Shown: positions 17,051-26,707, counted from the stretch's first letter. The stretch: DNA of 32,000 nucleotides from Telmatocola sphagniphila (GCF_018398935.1 NZ_CP074694.1:1110001-1142000); one strand, 5' to 3'. The notes: generated by a model from the sequence alone, not told the origin. Program-made: numbers and translations.

Positions 17051-17828
17051 GCAACTTGAAAAGCTTCCTGGCGTTCACGGTAGTCGCCACGCCCAAGTGA
17101 GCCTCGGAAACTCCTCGTAACTCTGCCAGAAATTCTAGAGTGTGCTTCACGAAAGCCGGTTCATTTCTCCGGCCTCGATGCGGCATTGGAGCCAGATAGG
17201 GACTGTCGGTTTCGACCAGTAACCGATCCTCGGGAATTCGCCTCGCGGCGAGTCGAATCTCCTCCGCATTTTTAAAAGTCACCATGCCCGCGTAAGAGAT
17301 ATGCAACCCGCATGCTAAGCAGGCTTCGGCTACCTCCGGACTCCCGGTGAAACTGTGCATCACCCCGGCAACCGGCCCTCGTTTTTCGAAATGCTTCTTC
17401 AAGCAATCCACAATGTCCTGCTCGGCCTCCCGGCAATGGATGATTACCGGCAGATTCAGTTCGGCCGCATAATCGAGATGTTTGAAAAAGTACTCGATTT
17501 GAAGATCGAAAGGTGCCTTTTTCCAGTACCGATCCAGTCCGGTTTCGCCGATCGCCACCACGCTGGGATCGCGAGCCAGTTCTTGAATTCGTTCCCAATC
17601 GCCCGGGTTTATTTCGTGAACGTGATTGGGTTGGATCGCTACGGCTGCTCGCAGTAGCGGATGCTTGGCGGCCAGTGACACAGAAGCTTCGCTGGTTTCC
17701 CGATCAATTCCAATGGTAATGATGCGTTCCAGTCCGGCATCCAGCGACCGCTGTAGCACCTGAGCTAAATCGGTCTGGAATCGATTGTCATCCAGGTGGG
17801 CATGAGTATCAATTATGGGATAGGTCAT
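17037..17828 (-). CDS. tatD: TatD family metal-dependent hydrolase (DNase)
   Basis: 263-aa ORF with TatD motifs IDTHAHLDD, GETGLDRYW, VIIHCREA, GVMHSFTG, ETDSPYLAP. Its ATG overlaps the nuoN stop codon (ATGA). Confidence 0.92.
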   Translation of the reverse strand: MTYPIIDTHAHLDDNRFQTDLAQVLQRSLDAGLERIITIGIDRETSEASVSLAAKHPLLRAAVAIQPNHVHEINPGDWERIQELARDPSVVAIGETGLDRYWKKAPFDLQIEYFFKHLDYAAELNLPVIIHCREAEQDIVDCLKKHFEKRGPVAGVMHSFTGSPEVAEACLACGLHISYAGMVTFKNAEEIRLAARRIPEDRLLVETDSPYLAPMPHRGRRNEPAFVKHTLEFLAELRGVSEAHLGVATTVNARKLFKLPNPS

Positions 17829-19435
17829 GGTCCAGATCTGAAAAAATCCATCTCGTTATGGTGCTGTTCCTGCAGTGGGGATAAGGTCGCCTGACGAGAC
17901 ATTCTCTCAAGTGGGTTCCAGAGAATTCCCAGAACCACAACCGCCGATGCCGCCAGCATTACGTAACCCGACTGGTAGGGAGAGACTTTACGATAATGCT
18001 CCTTAACTGGAGGATCATCCAGTATCATCACCCGCAGGACGCGAAGGTAGTAGGCCGCACTGAGGATAGTATTGATAGCGGCGATAATCAATAAGGCGTA
18101 GCAGATTTTTCCCGCTAGGGGGAAGATTACCATCTGAGATCGACCCGTCTCCACCAATGCGGCGAAGATCTGAAATTTTGCGGCAAATCCTACCAGTGGC
18201 GGTATGCCGAGTAACCCGAAAATCGCAATACTGAACCCCGCCACTAGGAACGGGGCTCGCTTCGCGATTCCCGCATAATCGGCGATCAATTCAGAGTTCG
18301 TCGCATTTCTCAGAAAGCAGACAGCCCCAAATGCGGCGAGGTTCATGAAAAGATAACCGGGCAAATAGAAGAGAACCGCAGCAGCTCCCGATTCATTGTA
18401 AATCGCCAATCCCATGAACATATATCCTGCGTGGGCAATAGTCGAATAGGCCAGCAGTCGTTTGATGTTTGTTTGTCCGAAGGCAGCGAGATTTCCCAAG
18501 GTGCAAGTAGCCGCGGCAATGCACGCTAAGATTGGACCGATAGAACTTGAAAGCGTCATGTGGGCAGCACTATCCGCTGAACCCCAGAGAAGAATGAACA
18601 GTCTGGTTGTCAGCAAGAATGCGGCGGCTTTCGAGGCAACCGAAAGATAGCCGCCCACTTCGGCGGAGGCCCCTTCGAATACATCCGGTAACCAGAAGTG
18701 AAAGGGGACTAAGGAAAGCTTGAATGCCAATCCAACCAGGACGAGACCCAGTGCGGCCAGAGCAGTAGCTGGCATCTTACCCTCGCGAAATTGATCACTC
18801 CACTGGTGAGAAATGGTGCTGAGATTCCCCGTACCGTAAATCGAGGTTAATAGACTGATGCCATACAGCATCACTCCCGAAGCGGCCGCCCCGTAAACGA
18901 CATACTTCAGCGCGGCCTCGCTGGCCCGACGATTTCCTTTGAAAAAACCGCTCAAAGTATAGCTGGGAATGCTGGCCATTTCCACCGCGATAAAAACCGT
19001 GAGTAAATGATTGGCCTCACTCATCAAAAACATACCGAGCGTGGAACCCAGAACCATGACGTAGAAATCGGGAGAATCTTCCTTGTCCGGAACTCGGGAC
19101 AATAGGGTAAGCAGAATGAATAGAAACAAGGCGGCGGACAAGACGACTCTGCCAAATAGGGCCAGGGAATCCAGCACCAGCAAATCGGAAAAAAGGAATC
19201 TTCGAAAAACCTGATTTGGTTCGACTTCGATCAGGTGTCGCACACACGCGGCTAGAGTGGCCCCGGCGGCTCCCAGAGCTATCGAGCCCATATGAAGTTT
19301 CTGGAACGGTCCGAATAAACGAAGAAACAACATCAGGACCATTGCCAGACAGAGTATGATTTCCGGCAGGAGCCAGAGCAGATCGGCCGTCAGCCCCGCT
19401 TGCAGTCGTCCAAAGGATATCGAGTTAGGAAACAT
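17825..19435 (-). CDS. nuoN: NADH-quinone oxidoreductase subunit N
   Basis: 536-aa polytopic protein with the antiporter-like motif FKLSLVPFHFWLPDVFEGASAEVGGYLSVASKAAAF. It is the last gene of the nuo run. Confidence 0.92.
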   Translation of the reverse strand: MFPNSISFGRLQAGLTADLLWLLPEIILCLAMVLMLFLRLFGPFQKLHMGSIALGAAGATLAACVRHLIEVEPNQVFRRFLFSDLLVLDSLALFGRVVLSAALFLFILLTLLSRVPDKEDSPDFYVMVLGSTLGMFLMSEANHLLTVFIAVEMASIPSYTLSGFFKGNRRASEAALKYVVYGAAASGVMLYGISLLTSIYGTGNLSTISHQWSDQFREGKMPATALAALGLVLVGLAFKLSLVPFHFWLPDVFEGASAEVGGYLSVASKAAAFLLTTRLFILLWGSADSAAHMTLSSSIGPILACIAAATCTLGNLAAFGQTNIKRLLAYSTIAHAGYMFMGLAIYNESGAAAVLFYLPGYLFMNLAAFGAVCFLRNATNSELIADYAGIAKRAPFLVAGFSIAIFGLLGIPPLVGFAAKFQIFAALVETGRSQMVIFPLAGKICYALLIIAAINTILSAAYYLRVLRVMILDDPPVKEHYRKVSPYQSGYVMLAASAVVVLGILWNPLERMSRQATLSPLQEQHHNEMDFFRSGP

Positions 19436-19454
19436 GTTTTATTTCTTAGTAAGT

Positions 19455-21329
19455 TCACTTAAGTCGACTGAGGGATTCGACCAGATTGATCGCACTCGGC
19501 TCGCTCCAGGAAAACATCAGGTTCGGGTAGACTCCCAGGGCAATGGCCAAGACTACAAAGCACAGGAGCACAATCGCTTCACGGAGAGAGACATCAGGGT
19601 ATAAAGCCTCGAATTTTTTCGTGCCCATGAACACCCTCTGCCAGGTCCAGAGCAGGTAGCTGGCAGTGATGATTGTGATCAGTATGGCCGCGATAGCAAA
19701 GCCTGGATGGAACTGCCAGCTTCCCATCATGATGCAGAACTCTCCAACGAAACCGCAAAGGCCTGGCAGACCCATCGATGCAAAGAACAGTATTGCACTC
19801 AGGCCGCCATAGAGAGGCATCATGCCCCAGATGCCACCGAAGCGGTTTAAATCCCGATGATGAGCCCGATCGCAAATCACCCCAACCACAAAGAACATTC
19901 CGGCGGAAGATATCCCATGAGCGACCATTTGGAATATCGCCCCGTTCACGGACATCGCCCAATATTTGGCCCCCAGGCCCCCGGACCAGGCGGCAATTCC
20001 GAGAACTACATAGCCCATGTGACTGACCGAACTGTAGGCGAGCATTTTCTTGAAGTCGCTTTGGCCCATGGCCACAAAAGCTCCCCAGACAATTCCCGAT
20101 ACTCCGATCAGGCCGACCCAGAATGATAATTGTTCTGCGGCGAAAGGACAGATGGGATATGCTAATCGCAATAACCCATACCCGCCGAGTTTCAGCAATA
20201 TCCCGGCCAGGATCATGCTCACCGGTGTAGGAGCTTCCACGTGAGCATCGGGCAGCCAGCTATGCAGCGGTACCGTAGGCACCTTCACGGCAAATCCGAT
20301 GAAAAGCAGGGCGAACAGAAGATATTGATAAGCGGGGCGGAAGAACGGCTGATGAAAGCGCTTTTTGGCTTCCTCCAATGAAACTCCTGGGCCCAGCAAA
20401 TGAAACCGTTCTTTTTCCAAACGCTGATCGGCCAGCGGTTTCCAGGGTGAAAGAAAATCTTCTTTGCCGAAGAGTCGAACCGCGGCGGCTTGCCCGGCTC
20501 GAGAGATAATGGCAAGGTCGAATGTGTGGACTTCCACTCTCGCCAACGCCTCGGTGTCCGAAAGTTTCTTGTTTTCGACATCCAGAGCCGTTTTTTTTAG
20601 ATCTTCTTTTTTGGCCTTCACGATGTTGCTATCGACGAAATCCTGCAAATCGGTGCTGTAACAGAAGATCATCGCAATGAGGATGAGAACTCCACCGGTC
20701 TGAGTGTAGATGAAGAATTTTAGGGCAGCATATTTACGCCTGGCTCCACCCCATAATCCGATGAGGAAGTACATCGGAATCAACATGATTTCGTAGAAGA
20801 CGTAGAAGAGGAAAAAATCGATTGCCAGGAAGGTACCGAGAACTCCCGTTTCCAGAAGCAGAATCATGCTGAGGTAGAACTTCAAGTTTTTTTGAATTTT
20901 CCAACTCGCAATGATACTCAGGAAGATCACCACGGCGGTCAGAATTATTAAAGGCAGACTGATGCCGTCGATGCCGAGAGCGTAGTTGATATCGTAATGT
21001 TCGATCCATTTGTAACGGGCCACCCAATCCCGGGATAGACGGGGCCCTGGAACGTCTTTGGCGGCGGCGATATGGGCTTCCATCGCTCGCCATTCGAGCG
21101 TGCCCTCGGGAGATTGCATCGGCCGTCCATTAGGATCGAGCTTCGAATCGAGCAGGGAATAGTAATCGATCAACAGGAAAAGGCTCAGCATCAGCGTAAA
21201 AGCGGCGCCAAAAAGTGCAAACCACTTAATCGGCTCTTCGAATTTGCGGGGAATCAAAAGCAGCAGTAGACCGAAAGCGCTCGGTAGGAAGATCAACAGC
21301 GACATCATCATCAAATCGTATTCCTGCAT
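19455..21329 (-). CDS. nuoM: NADH-quinone oxidoreductase subunit M (with large loop insertions)
   Basis: 624 aa. Contains KVPTVPLHSWLPDAHVEAPTPVSMILAGILLKLGGYGLLR and MLAYSSVSHMGYVVLG. Confidence 0.92.
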   Translation of the reverse strand: MQEYDLMMMSLLIFLPSAFGLLLLLIPRKFEEPIKWFALFGAAFTLMLSLFLLIDYYSLLDSKLDPNGRPMQSPEGTLEWRAMEAHIAAAKDVPGPRLSRDWVARYKWIEHYDINYALGIDGISLPLIILTAVVIFLSIIASWKIQKNLKFYLSMILLLETGVLGTFLAIDFFLFYVFYEIMLIPMYFLIGLWGGARRKYAALKFFIYTQTGGVLILIAMIFCYSTDLQDFVDSNIVKAKKEDLKKTALDVENKKLSDTEALARVEVHTFDLAIISRAGQAAAVRLFGKEDFLSPWKPLADQRLEKERFHLLGPGVSLEEAKKRFHQPFFRPAYQYLLFALLFIGFAVKVPTVPLHSWLPDAHVEAPTPVSMILAGILLKLGGYGLLRLAYPICPFAAEQLSFWVGLIGVSGIVWGAFVAMGQSDFKKMLAYSSVSHMGYVVLGIAAWSGGLGAKYWAMSVNGAIFQMVAHGISSAGMFFVVGVICDRAHHRDLNRFGGIWGMMPLYGGLSAILFFASMGLPGLCGFVGEFCIMMGSWQFHPGFAIAAILITIITASYLLWTWQRVFMGTKKFEALYPDVSLREAIVLLCFVVLAIALGVYPNLMFSWSEPSAINLVESLSRLK

Positions 21330-21375
21330 CGTTCCCTCAATGAATCCAAGTAGCGTTGCCGGTCCGAGAGCCAGC

Positions 21376-23688
21376 CTAGTGGGATGCCATTAAAAGCGAG
21401 AGCAAGGCGAAGATACAGCCTCCAGTAATTACCAGCGTCAGAACATATCGTCTGATGCTTCCCGATTGTACTCTCCGAAGACTCAAACCCAGTTTGAACA
21501 ACGTCAGGCCAATTGCATTAATCCAGCCATCCAGGCTATTCAACTGAATCGTGCAATCAATCTTGTCCGGATTCTTGCCGGGAGACGTTTTGTCCATGCG
21601 GGCGAAATCGTCCGCTACCACGATTGTGGGTTTTACAAAGATCCTGTCGTAGAGTTCATCGAAGTACCATCTGTTCAGGAAGAAATTATGCAGCCAATTC
21701 GGATTGGCCTCTTTCGCCAGGGCAAATTCCAGCTTGACTACGAAGAGCAGGTAGGCGGCCAACGATCCCAGAGCCGCCAAGCCCAGCGCGAGAGCTGTCA
21801 CGACCAGATGACCGTGATGTGCGGTTTCGATGCTTCCGGCAAATTGCGAGGAAATAAAAGTAGGCTCCGCCTTGGCAAGCGCCTCGCCCAACTGACTTGC
21901 TTCCACATCCCAGAGCGGCCATCCCCAGGCTATTCCCAGGCTGCAAAATGCTAGGATAGCCAGCGGCAACACCATGATTGTCGGCGATTCATGCACTTTT
22001 TCGTAGATATGCTGGTCACGCGGCTTGCCAGTGAAGGTGAGGAACCACATTCGGAACATGTAAAAGGCAGTCAATCCGGCCGTGAAAACAGGCAGCACGA
22101 ATAGAAGGATATGCTTTCCCTCGTGAAGACCGAAGCCGTAGGCGGTTGTGAGGATTCTTTCCTTGCTATACCAGCCACTGAAAAAGGGGGTTCCAATGAT
22201 AGCCAGTACGCCAAGCAGCATAGTGACGGCTGTTATTGGCATCTTGTGGCGAAGTCCACCCATTTTCCGAAGATCCTGCTCGTGATGGCAACCATAAATT
22301 ACGCTACCAGAGCCGAGGAACAAAAGCGCTTTAAAGAAAGCATGCGTTACCAGATGCATAAGACCGGCCACCCAACCACCTACTCCCAGGGCCAGCATCA
22401 TGAATCCCAACTGGCTGACAGTGGAATAGGCTAGCACTCGTTTAATATCATTTTGAGCGACCGCGATGGTGGCCGCCAGGAAAGCCGTGAAGGCTCCCGT
22501 GTAAGCAATAAGTATCAAAACTTCTTCGGCGAATAAAGGAAAACAACGGCCTACGAGATAGACCCCGGCCGCCACCATGGTCGCGGCGTGAATCAAGGCA
22601 CTCACCGGGGTGGGCCCCTCCATCGCATCCGGAAGCCAGGTGTGGAGCGGGAATTGGGCTGACTTGCCGACACAGCCCAGAAATAACCCCGCGCCCATCA
22701 CTAGGAACAGCCAGTAAGGCAGGGCCATGAAGTTCATGTCGTTATCTTCGGGGGGTGTCTCCTCCGAACAGACTTGCCGGTCTTCAAAGTCGGCAACTCT
22801 CCACTGCGAAGGAAATATCAGAAGGTACTTTCCGTGAACATTCAGTTTCATCTGGTTGGCGTCATCGCCATTGCGATCGCCGCGCAGAAACTGATTGACT
22901 AATTCCGGAGGTGCGGTGCGTCCGACCCGATCGACCTCGGGAGTACGGATCTTGGCGAAGATTTCCTGAAAGTTGAAAGTGCCAAAGTAAAACCAGACGA
23001 TTGCCAGACCGATGAGAAAGCCGGCATCGCCTATTCGATTCATAATAAACGCTTTGTTGGCGGCCAATCCGGCCTTTTTCCGTTCGTGATAAAAGCCGAT
23101 CAGCAGGAAGGAACAAACGCCGACCAACTCCCAGGATAAGAAAACCTGGAAGAGATTGTCAGCGATGAGGAGATTGAGCATGGAGAAGCAAAACAGGCTG
23201 AGATAAAGAAAAAAGCGACCGAAGCGGCCGTGTCGATGAATGTGGGCTTCATGATCGTTCACCTCAGAATTGGTTTCTTCACGCATATATCCGAGCGAGA
23301 AAATGAAGATTAGGGAAGCGATGAAAGTGACCATCGCGAAGAGAATTGCGGAAAGAAGATCGATCCGATACCCCAACTGCAGAGCGGCCCCATGATTTTC
23401 CATTGCAGCTCTGGGGAACATGGGAAATCGCAACCAATCCATGCGGCCGGTGTAATCTCGACTGAGTTCTTCCGTAGAACGACCCAGAACCTGGCTTAGA
23501 CCGAATAGAGCCAAAACCGCACTTATTAACATGCAGAATGTGCAAAAGTATGCACCGATTCGCGAAGGTTGGTATCGACCGGTAATTCCTCGAATGAAAC
23601 CGGCAATCAATAGGATCGTGCAAGCCGCCAGCGGCAGCAGTGTGGCCATAACATAGAGCGAACCGGGTTTAGCGAGGAATTCAGACAT
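21376..23688 (-). CDS. nuoL: NADH-quinone oxidoreductase subunit L (with loop insertion)
   Basis: 770 aa. Contains GKSAQFPLHTWLPDAMEGPTPVSALIHAATMVAAGVYLV and VLAYSTVSQLGFMMLALG, plus a long C-terminal lateral-helix-type region. Confidence 0.92.
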   Translation of the reverse strand: MSEFLAKPGSLYVMATLLPLAACTILLIAGFIRGITGRYQPSRIGAYFCTFCMLISAVLALFGLSQVLGRSTEELSRDYTGRMDWLRFPMFPRAAMENHGAALQLGYRIDLLSAILFAMVTFIASLIFIFSLGYMREETNSEVNDHEAHIHRHGRFGRFFLYLSLFCFSMLNLLIADNLFQVFLSWELVGVCSFLLIGFYHERKKAGLAANKAFIMNRIGDAGFLIGLAIVWFYFGTFNFQEIFAKIRTPEVDRVGRTAPPELVNQFLRGDRNGDDANQMKLNVHGKYLLIFPSQWRVADFEDRQVCSEETPPEDNDMNFMALPYWLFLVMGAGLFLGCVGKSAQFPLHTWLPDAMEGPTPVSALIHAATMVAAGVYLVGRCFPLFAEEVLILIAYTGAFTAFLAATIAVAQNDIKRVLAYSTVSQLGFMMLALGVGGWVAGLMHLVTHAFFKALLFLGSGSVIYGCHHEQDLRKMGGLRHKMPITAVTMLLGVLAIIGTPFFSGWYSKERILTTAYGFGLHEGKHILLFVLPVFTAGLTAFYMFRMWFLTFTGKPRDQHIYEKVHESPTIMVLPLAILAFCSLGIAWGWPLWDVEASQLGEALAKAEPTFISSQFAGSIETAHHGHLVVTALALGLAALGSLAAYLLFVVKLEFALAKEANPNWLHNFFLNRWYFDELYDRIFVKPTIVVADDFARMDKTSPGKNPDKIDCTIQLNSLDGWINAIGLTLFKLGLSLRRVQSGSIRRYVLTLVITGGCIFALLSLLMASH

Positions 23689-23690
23689 GC

Positions 23691-24005
23691 TTAACCTTTG
23701 AGTTCCTCCGCGCGGTCTACGTCAATCGTTTGGTGATTGTTGTAAAAATTGAGAATGATCGCTAAAGCCACCGCCGCCTCGGCCGCGGCCAGGACAATCA
23801 CTATCAACGCGAACACCGGCCCTTCAATTGCCATTTTGCTATCGTATTTCGCCGATGCGACGAAATTGATATTGGACGCGTTAAGGATGAGTTCCACACC
23901 CATCAAGATGCCGATGGCGTTCCGCTTAGACAAAATGCAGATCAATCCGCATGCGAACACAAAAGCGCTCAGTACCTGATAATGGACTAGCCCGACTTCG
24001 TTCAT
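23691..24005 (-). CDS. nuoK: NADH-quinone oxidoreductase subunit K
   Basis: 104-aa, three-helix protein. Contains GILMGVELILNASNINFVA and AAAEAAVALAIIL. Confidence 0.92.
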   Translation of the reverse strand: MNEVGLVHYQVLSAFVFACGLICILSKRNAIGILMGVELILNASNINFVASAKYDSKMAIEGPVFALIVIVLAAAEAAVALAIILNFYNNHQTIDVDRAEELKG

Positions 24006-24553
24006 TTTCGGGCCTCCATTTTCGTACCGGGGCGCTTAGCGCGGGCCATATAAGCTGCCCCAATTAGTGCGACGAGTAACTGGATCGAAATGATTTCGAA
24101 GGGGAACAAGTAACTCGGATTGTTCGGCTTCTGATCGACCAGACCCAAAAACGCCATTCCTAAACTGCCAACGCTCGCTCCTGTAGCGGGATGTCGGGGC
24201 ATGGGAGTCTTTTGTTCCGCGACTAAAGTGTTCGCAATCAGTCCGAAAATGAGCAAGCCCAGAATGCCTATGCCTATGAATTCGACAAGAGTTGGCTTGA
24301 GTTTCAGGAAGGCTTGCTGCGAAGTCAACATCACTGCGAATACGACAAGAACCATGGTTCCGCCCACGTAGATGATCAGTTGAGTCGCACCGACGAATTC
24401 GGCACCAAGCAGGAAATAGAGTAGGGCAATTCCGAACAGCGAACCCAGCAGCCATATCGCGCAGCGAACGATATTCTGGGATAGTACCAGGCCTGCCGAG
24501 GTGAATCCGATCACACTCGCGAGCAACCAGAATAAAAATGCTTCAGTGGTCAT
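24002..24553 (-). CDS. nuoJ: NADH-quinone oxidoreductase subunit J
   Basis: 183 aa. Contains LLGAEFVGATQLIIYVGGTMVLVVFAVML. There are ATGA overlaps with both nuoH (24550-24553) and nuoK (24002-24005). Confidence 0.9.
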   Translation of the reverse strand: MTTEAFLFWLLASVIGFTSAGLVLSQNIVRCAIWLLGSLFGIALLYFLLGAEFVGATQLIIYVGGTMVLVVFAVMLTSQQAFLKLKPTLVEFIGIGILGLLIFGLIANTLVAEQKTPMPRHPATGASVGSLGMAFLGLVDQKPNNPSYLFPFEIISIQLLVALIGAAYMARAKRPGTKMEARK

Positions 24554-25761
24554 AGGTTTTTAGTTAATGGCGTCGGCAAACTTTCCCAAGCACCCATCAA
24601 TCGGCCGCGCGCGGCAATTTTCGGAGCGGTAAGTAACTTGTAGATTATGACGCCAGCGCTTGCCAGAACCACGGCCAAGGCAAAAAATTTCCAGCTTTGA
24701 CTTAGCGCGGCAGGCGCCAGCAACTGCCAGAGGCAGACCCCCAGAAACAATCCACAACTGATGGGCAAGAAGTATTTCAGGCAGGTCATCATCACCTGAT
24801 CGATTCGCAATCGGGGCAGCGACCAGCGCATCCACATCATCAGGAAAACCAGACACCAGCCCTTAAGCACAAACACAATCAGATTGAGCAAATGGCCCGC
24901 CAGCCCGAACTGCACACTCGGCTCGAAGGGCAGAAATCCGGTATGCCAACCCCCCAGGAACAATAGAGTGGCAATGCCGCTCACCGCGAACATGCTGGCG
25001 TACTCCGCCATGAAGAAGAAAGACCATCGCAGGCCGCTGTATTCGGTATGGAACCCGGCCACAAGTTCGCTCTCTGCCTCTGCCAAGTCGAAGGGAGCTC
25101 GCTTACAACCCGCAGTCGCGCAGATGAAGAAAATCCAGAAAGCGCAAAAAGTAAATGGATCGTGAAAAATCAACCAATCGAAGACATAACCTTCCTGTTG
25201 TTTCCCAATGGTATTGAGATTGAGCGTCCCGCTGATCAATACTGGAATCAGCACGCAAATGCCGCGGGGAACTTCGTAGCTGACAACCTGAGCCGCTTCG
25301 CGAATTCCCCCAAAGAGAGACCATTTGCTGGCCGAAGCATAACCGGCCAGAATCACGCCAAAAACTTCACTCGCGAGAACGGCGAGAATGAAGTAGACCG
25401 CGACCTGCAGTTCCTGCCCGACGAGATCGGCCCCGAAGGGCAGAGCTATGAAGGAGACGAACGAAGCGGAGAAAGCGATGTAGGGGGCGATGCGAAAAAG
25501 AATTCCATCGGCCGCAGTCGGCATGAAATCTTCTTTCAAGAGAAGTTTTATGCCATCCGCGATGGTTTGAAGCCAACCGTATTTGCCCCCGACACGCGTC
25601 GGTCCCAGCCGGTCCTGCATGCGACCGGCTACCTTTCGCTCCAGCCAAATGAAGAACAATGCAGATACAGCAACGAAGTTCAGGACAACTCCGCCGACGA
25701 TCAGCGCGAGAACCACCGTAAGGAACGGTTCGGGGATAAAGGAAAGCCAAGTCCGAATCAT
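24550..25761 (-). CDS. nuoH: NADH-quinone oxidoreductase subunit H
   Basis: 403 aa. Contains ERKVAGRMQDRLGPTRVGGKYGWLQTIADGIKLLLKEDF, PFDLAEAESELVAGFHTEYSG and RWSLPRLRIDQ. Confidence 0.93.
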   Translation of the reverse strand: MIRTWLSFIPEPFLTVVLALIVGGVVLNFVAVSALFFIWLERKVAGRMQDRLGPTRVGGKYGWLQTIADGIKLLLKEDFMPTAADGILFRIAPYIAFSASFVSFIALPFGADLVGQELQVAVYFILAVLASEVFGVILAGYASASKWSLFGGIREAAQVVSYEVPRGICVLIPVLISGTLNLNTIGKQQEGYVFDWLIFHDPFTFCAFWIFFICATAGCKRAPFDLAEAESELVAGFHTEYSGLRWSFFFMAEYASMFAVSGIATLLFLGGWHTGFLPFEPSVQFGLAGHLLNLIVFVLKGWCLVFLMMWMRWSLPRLRIDQVMMTCLKYFLPISCGLFLGVCLWQLLAPAALSQSWKFFALAVVLASAGVIIYKLLTAPKIAARGRLMGAWESLPTPLTKNL

Positions 25762-25820
25762 GGAGAGAGACGTACCCGGTTGGTCTTCGAAATCAATTGG
25801 GGATACTGTACACTTCTTTT

Positions 25821-26447
25821 ATGCGAAAGCAATCATGGAATCCTGACCCACGTCGACGATCCTATGCCGTCCGGCCAGGATTGAAGGTTGGAAAATCGAA
25901 TTCCCATCGGAAACGACCGGGCGCAGAAAAAGTCGTGACCGTGGATTTGTCCCGGATAGCACGGGTCGAGGCGGCCTTATTTCTAGCCGATGAGCCGATC
26001 TCCGCCCGAAAGTTACTGCAGGTCACGGGGGTCTCCAATAACGAAATCCTAACCGGGGCACTACAATCGCTCCGAAACCGCTACGAAGCGGAAGGATCTC
26101 CGTTTCAGATTCACGAGATCGCCGGTGGTTATCAACTTCTGACCAGGCCTCAGTATCATCGCTGGCTGAGTCGGCATTTTCATACGGCTGACCAACTCAA
26201 GCTCACATCCGCGGCCATGGAAACGCTTTCGATCGTGGCTTATCGCCAGCCGATCACCCGAGCCGAGGTCGATCAGCTTCGTGGAGTGCAGTCTCAGGAG
26301 ATGCTGAATCAACTCATAGAAAGGGGGCTGGTCAAAGTTACCGGGAGACAGGAATCGCTCGGCCGGCCGGCGTTGTATGGCACGAGCCGTCAATTTTTGC
26401 AGGTTTTCGGCTTGAAATCGATCCACGATCTTCCACTGATCGATTAA
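25821..26447 (+). CDS. scpB: Segregation and condensation protein B (SMC-ScpAB subunit)
   Basis: ScpB blocks are present: VEAALFLADEPISARKLLQV, GSPFQIHEIAGGYQLLTRP, ETLSIVAYRQPITRAEVDQLRGV, GRPALYGTSRQFLQVFGL. I chose the ATG at 25821 because the 25797 start in the ORF track is a TTG. The protein has a basic N-terminal extension. Confidence 0.88.
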   Translation: MRKQSWNPDPRRRSYAVRPGLKVGKSNSHRKRPGAEKVVTVDLSRIARVEAALFLADEPISARKLLQVTGVSNNEILTGALQSLRNRYEAEGSPFQIHEIAGGYQLLTRPQYHRWLSRHFHTADQLKLTSAAMETLSIVAYRQPITRAEVDQLRGVQSQEMLNQLIERGLVKVTGRQESLGRPALYGTSRQFLQVFGLKSIHDLPLID

Positions 26448-26707
26448 AGAACTGGAATTTTTTTAATTTTCGCAAATCACTTAACAGCATTCGCGAAGAG
26501 CCCATTGACCACTCCGGTATAATCTTTCAGAAATTCCACATGGACCCTCGGCCCGTAATCCGGGCACCCTTTACTGAGTAATCACCGCCTTCTCAGGGCA
26601 CGCAGGATCATCGATCTCCGTTCTTTTTCCTGCGAACTCATTGCAGTCTCAAACAATCTTTAATTCGTTTTCAACAAGTGAAAATTCACACCGAGGAAGG
26701 TACGTCC

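Noticed and set aside
25048-25884. 278-aa plus-strand ORF antisense to nuoH.
   Set aside because: nuoH is unambiguous on the minus strand. The antisense product has no motifs, and its composition is typical of a shadow ORF.
26505-26523. TTGACC followed by TATAAT, which looks like a full sigma-70 promoter.
   Set aside because: Only 7 nt separate the two hexamers, against the ~17 nt that is required. Only the -10-like TATAAT is retained, as a weak candidate in the leader finding.
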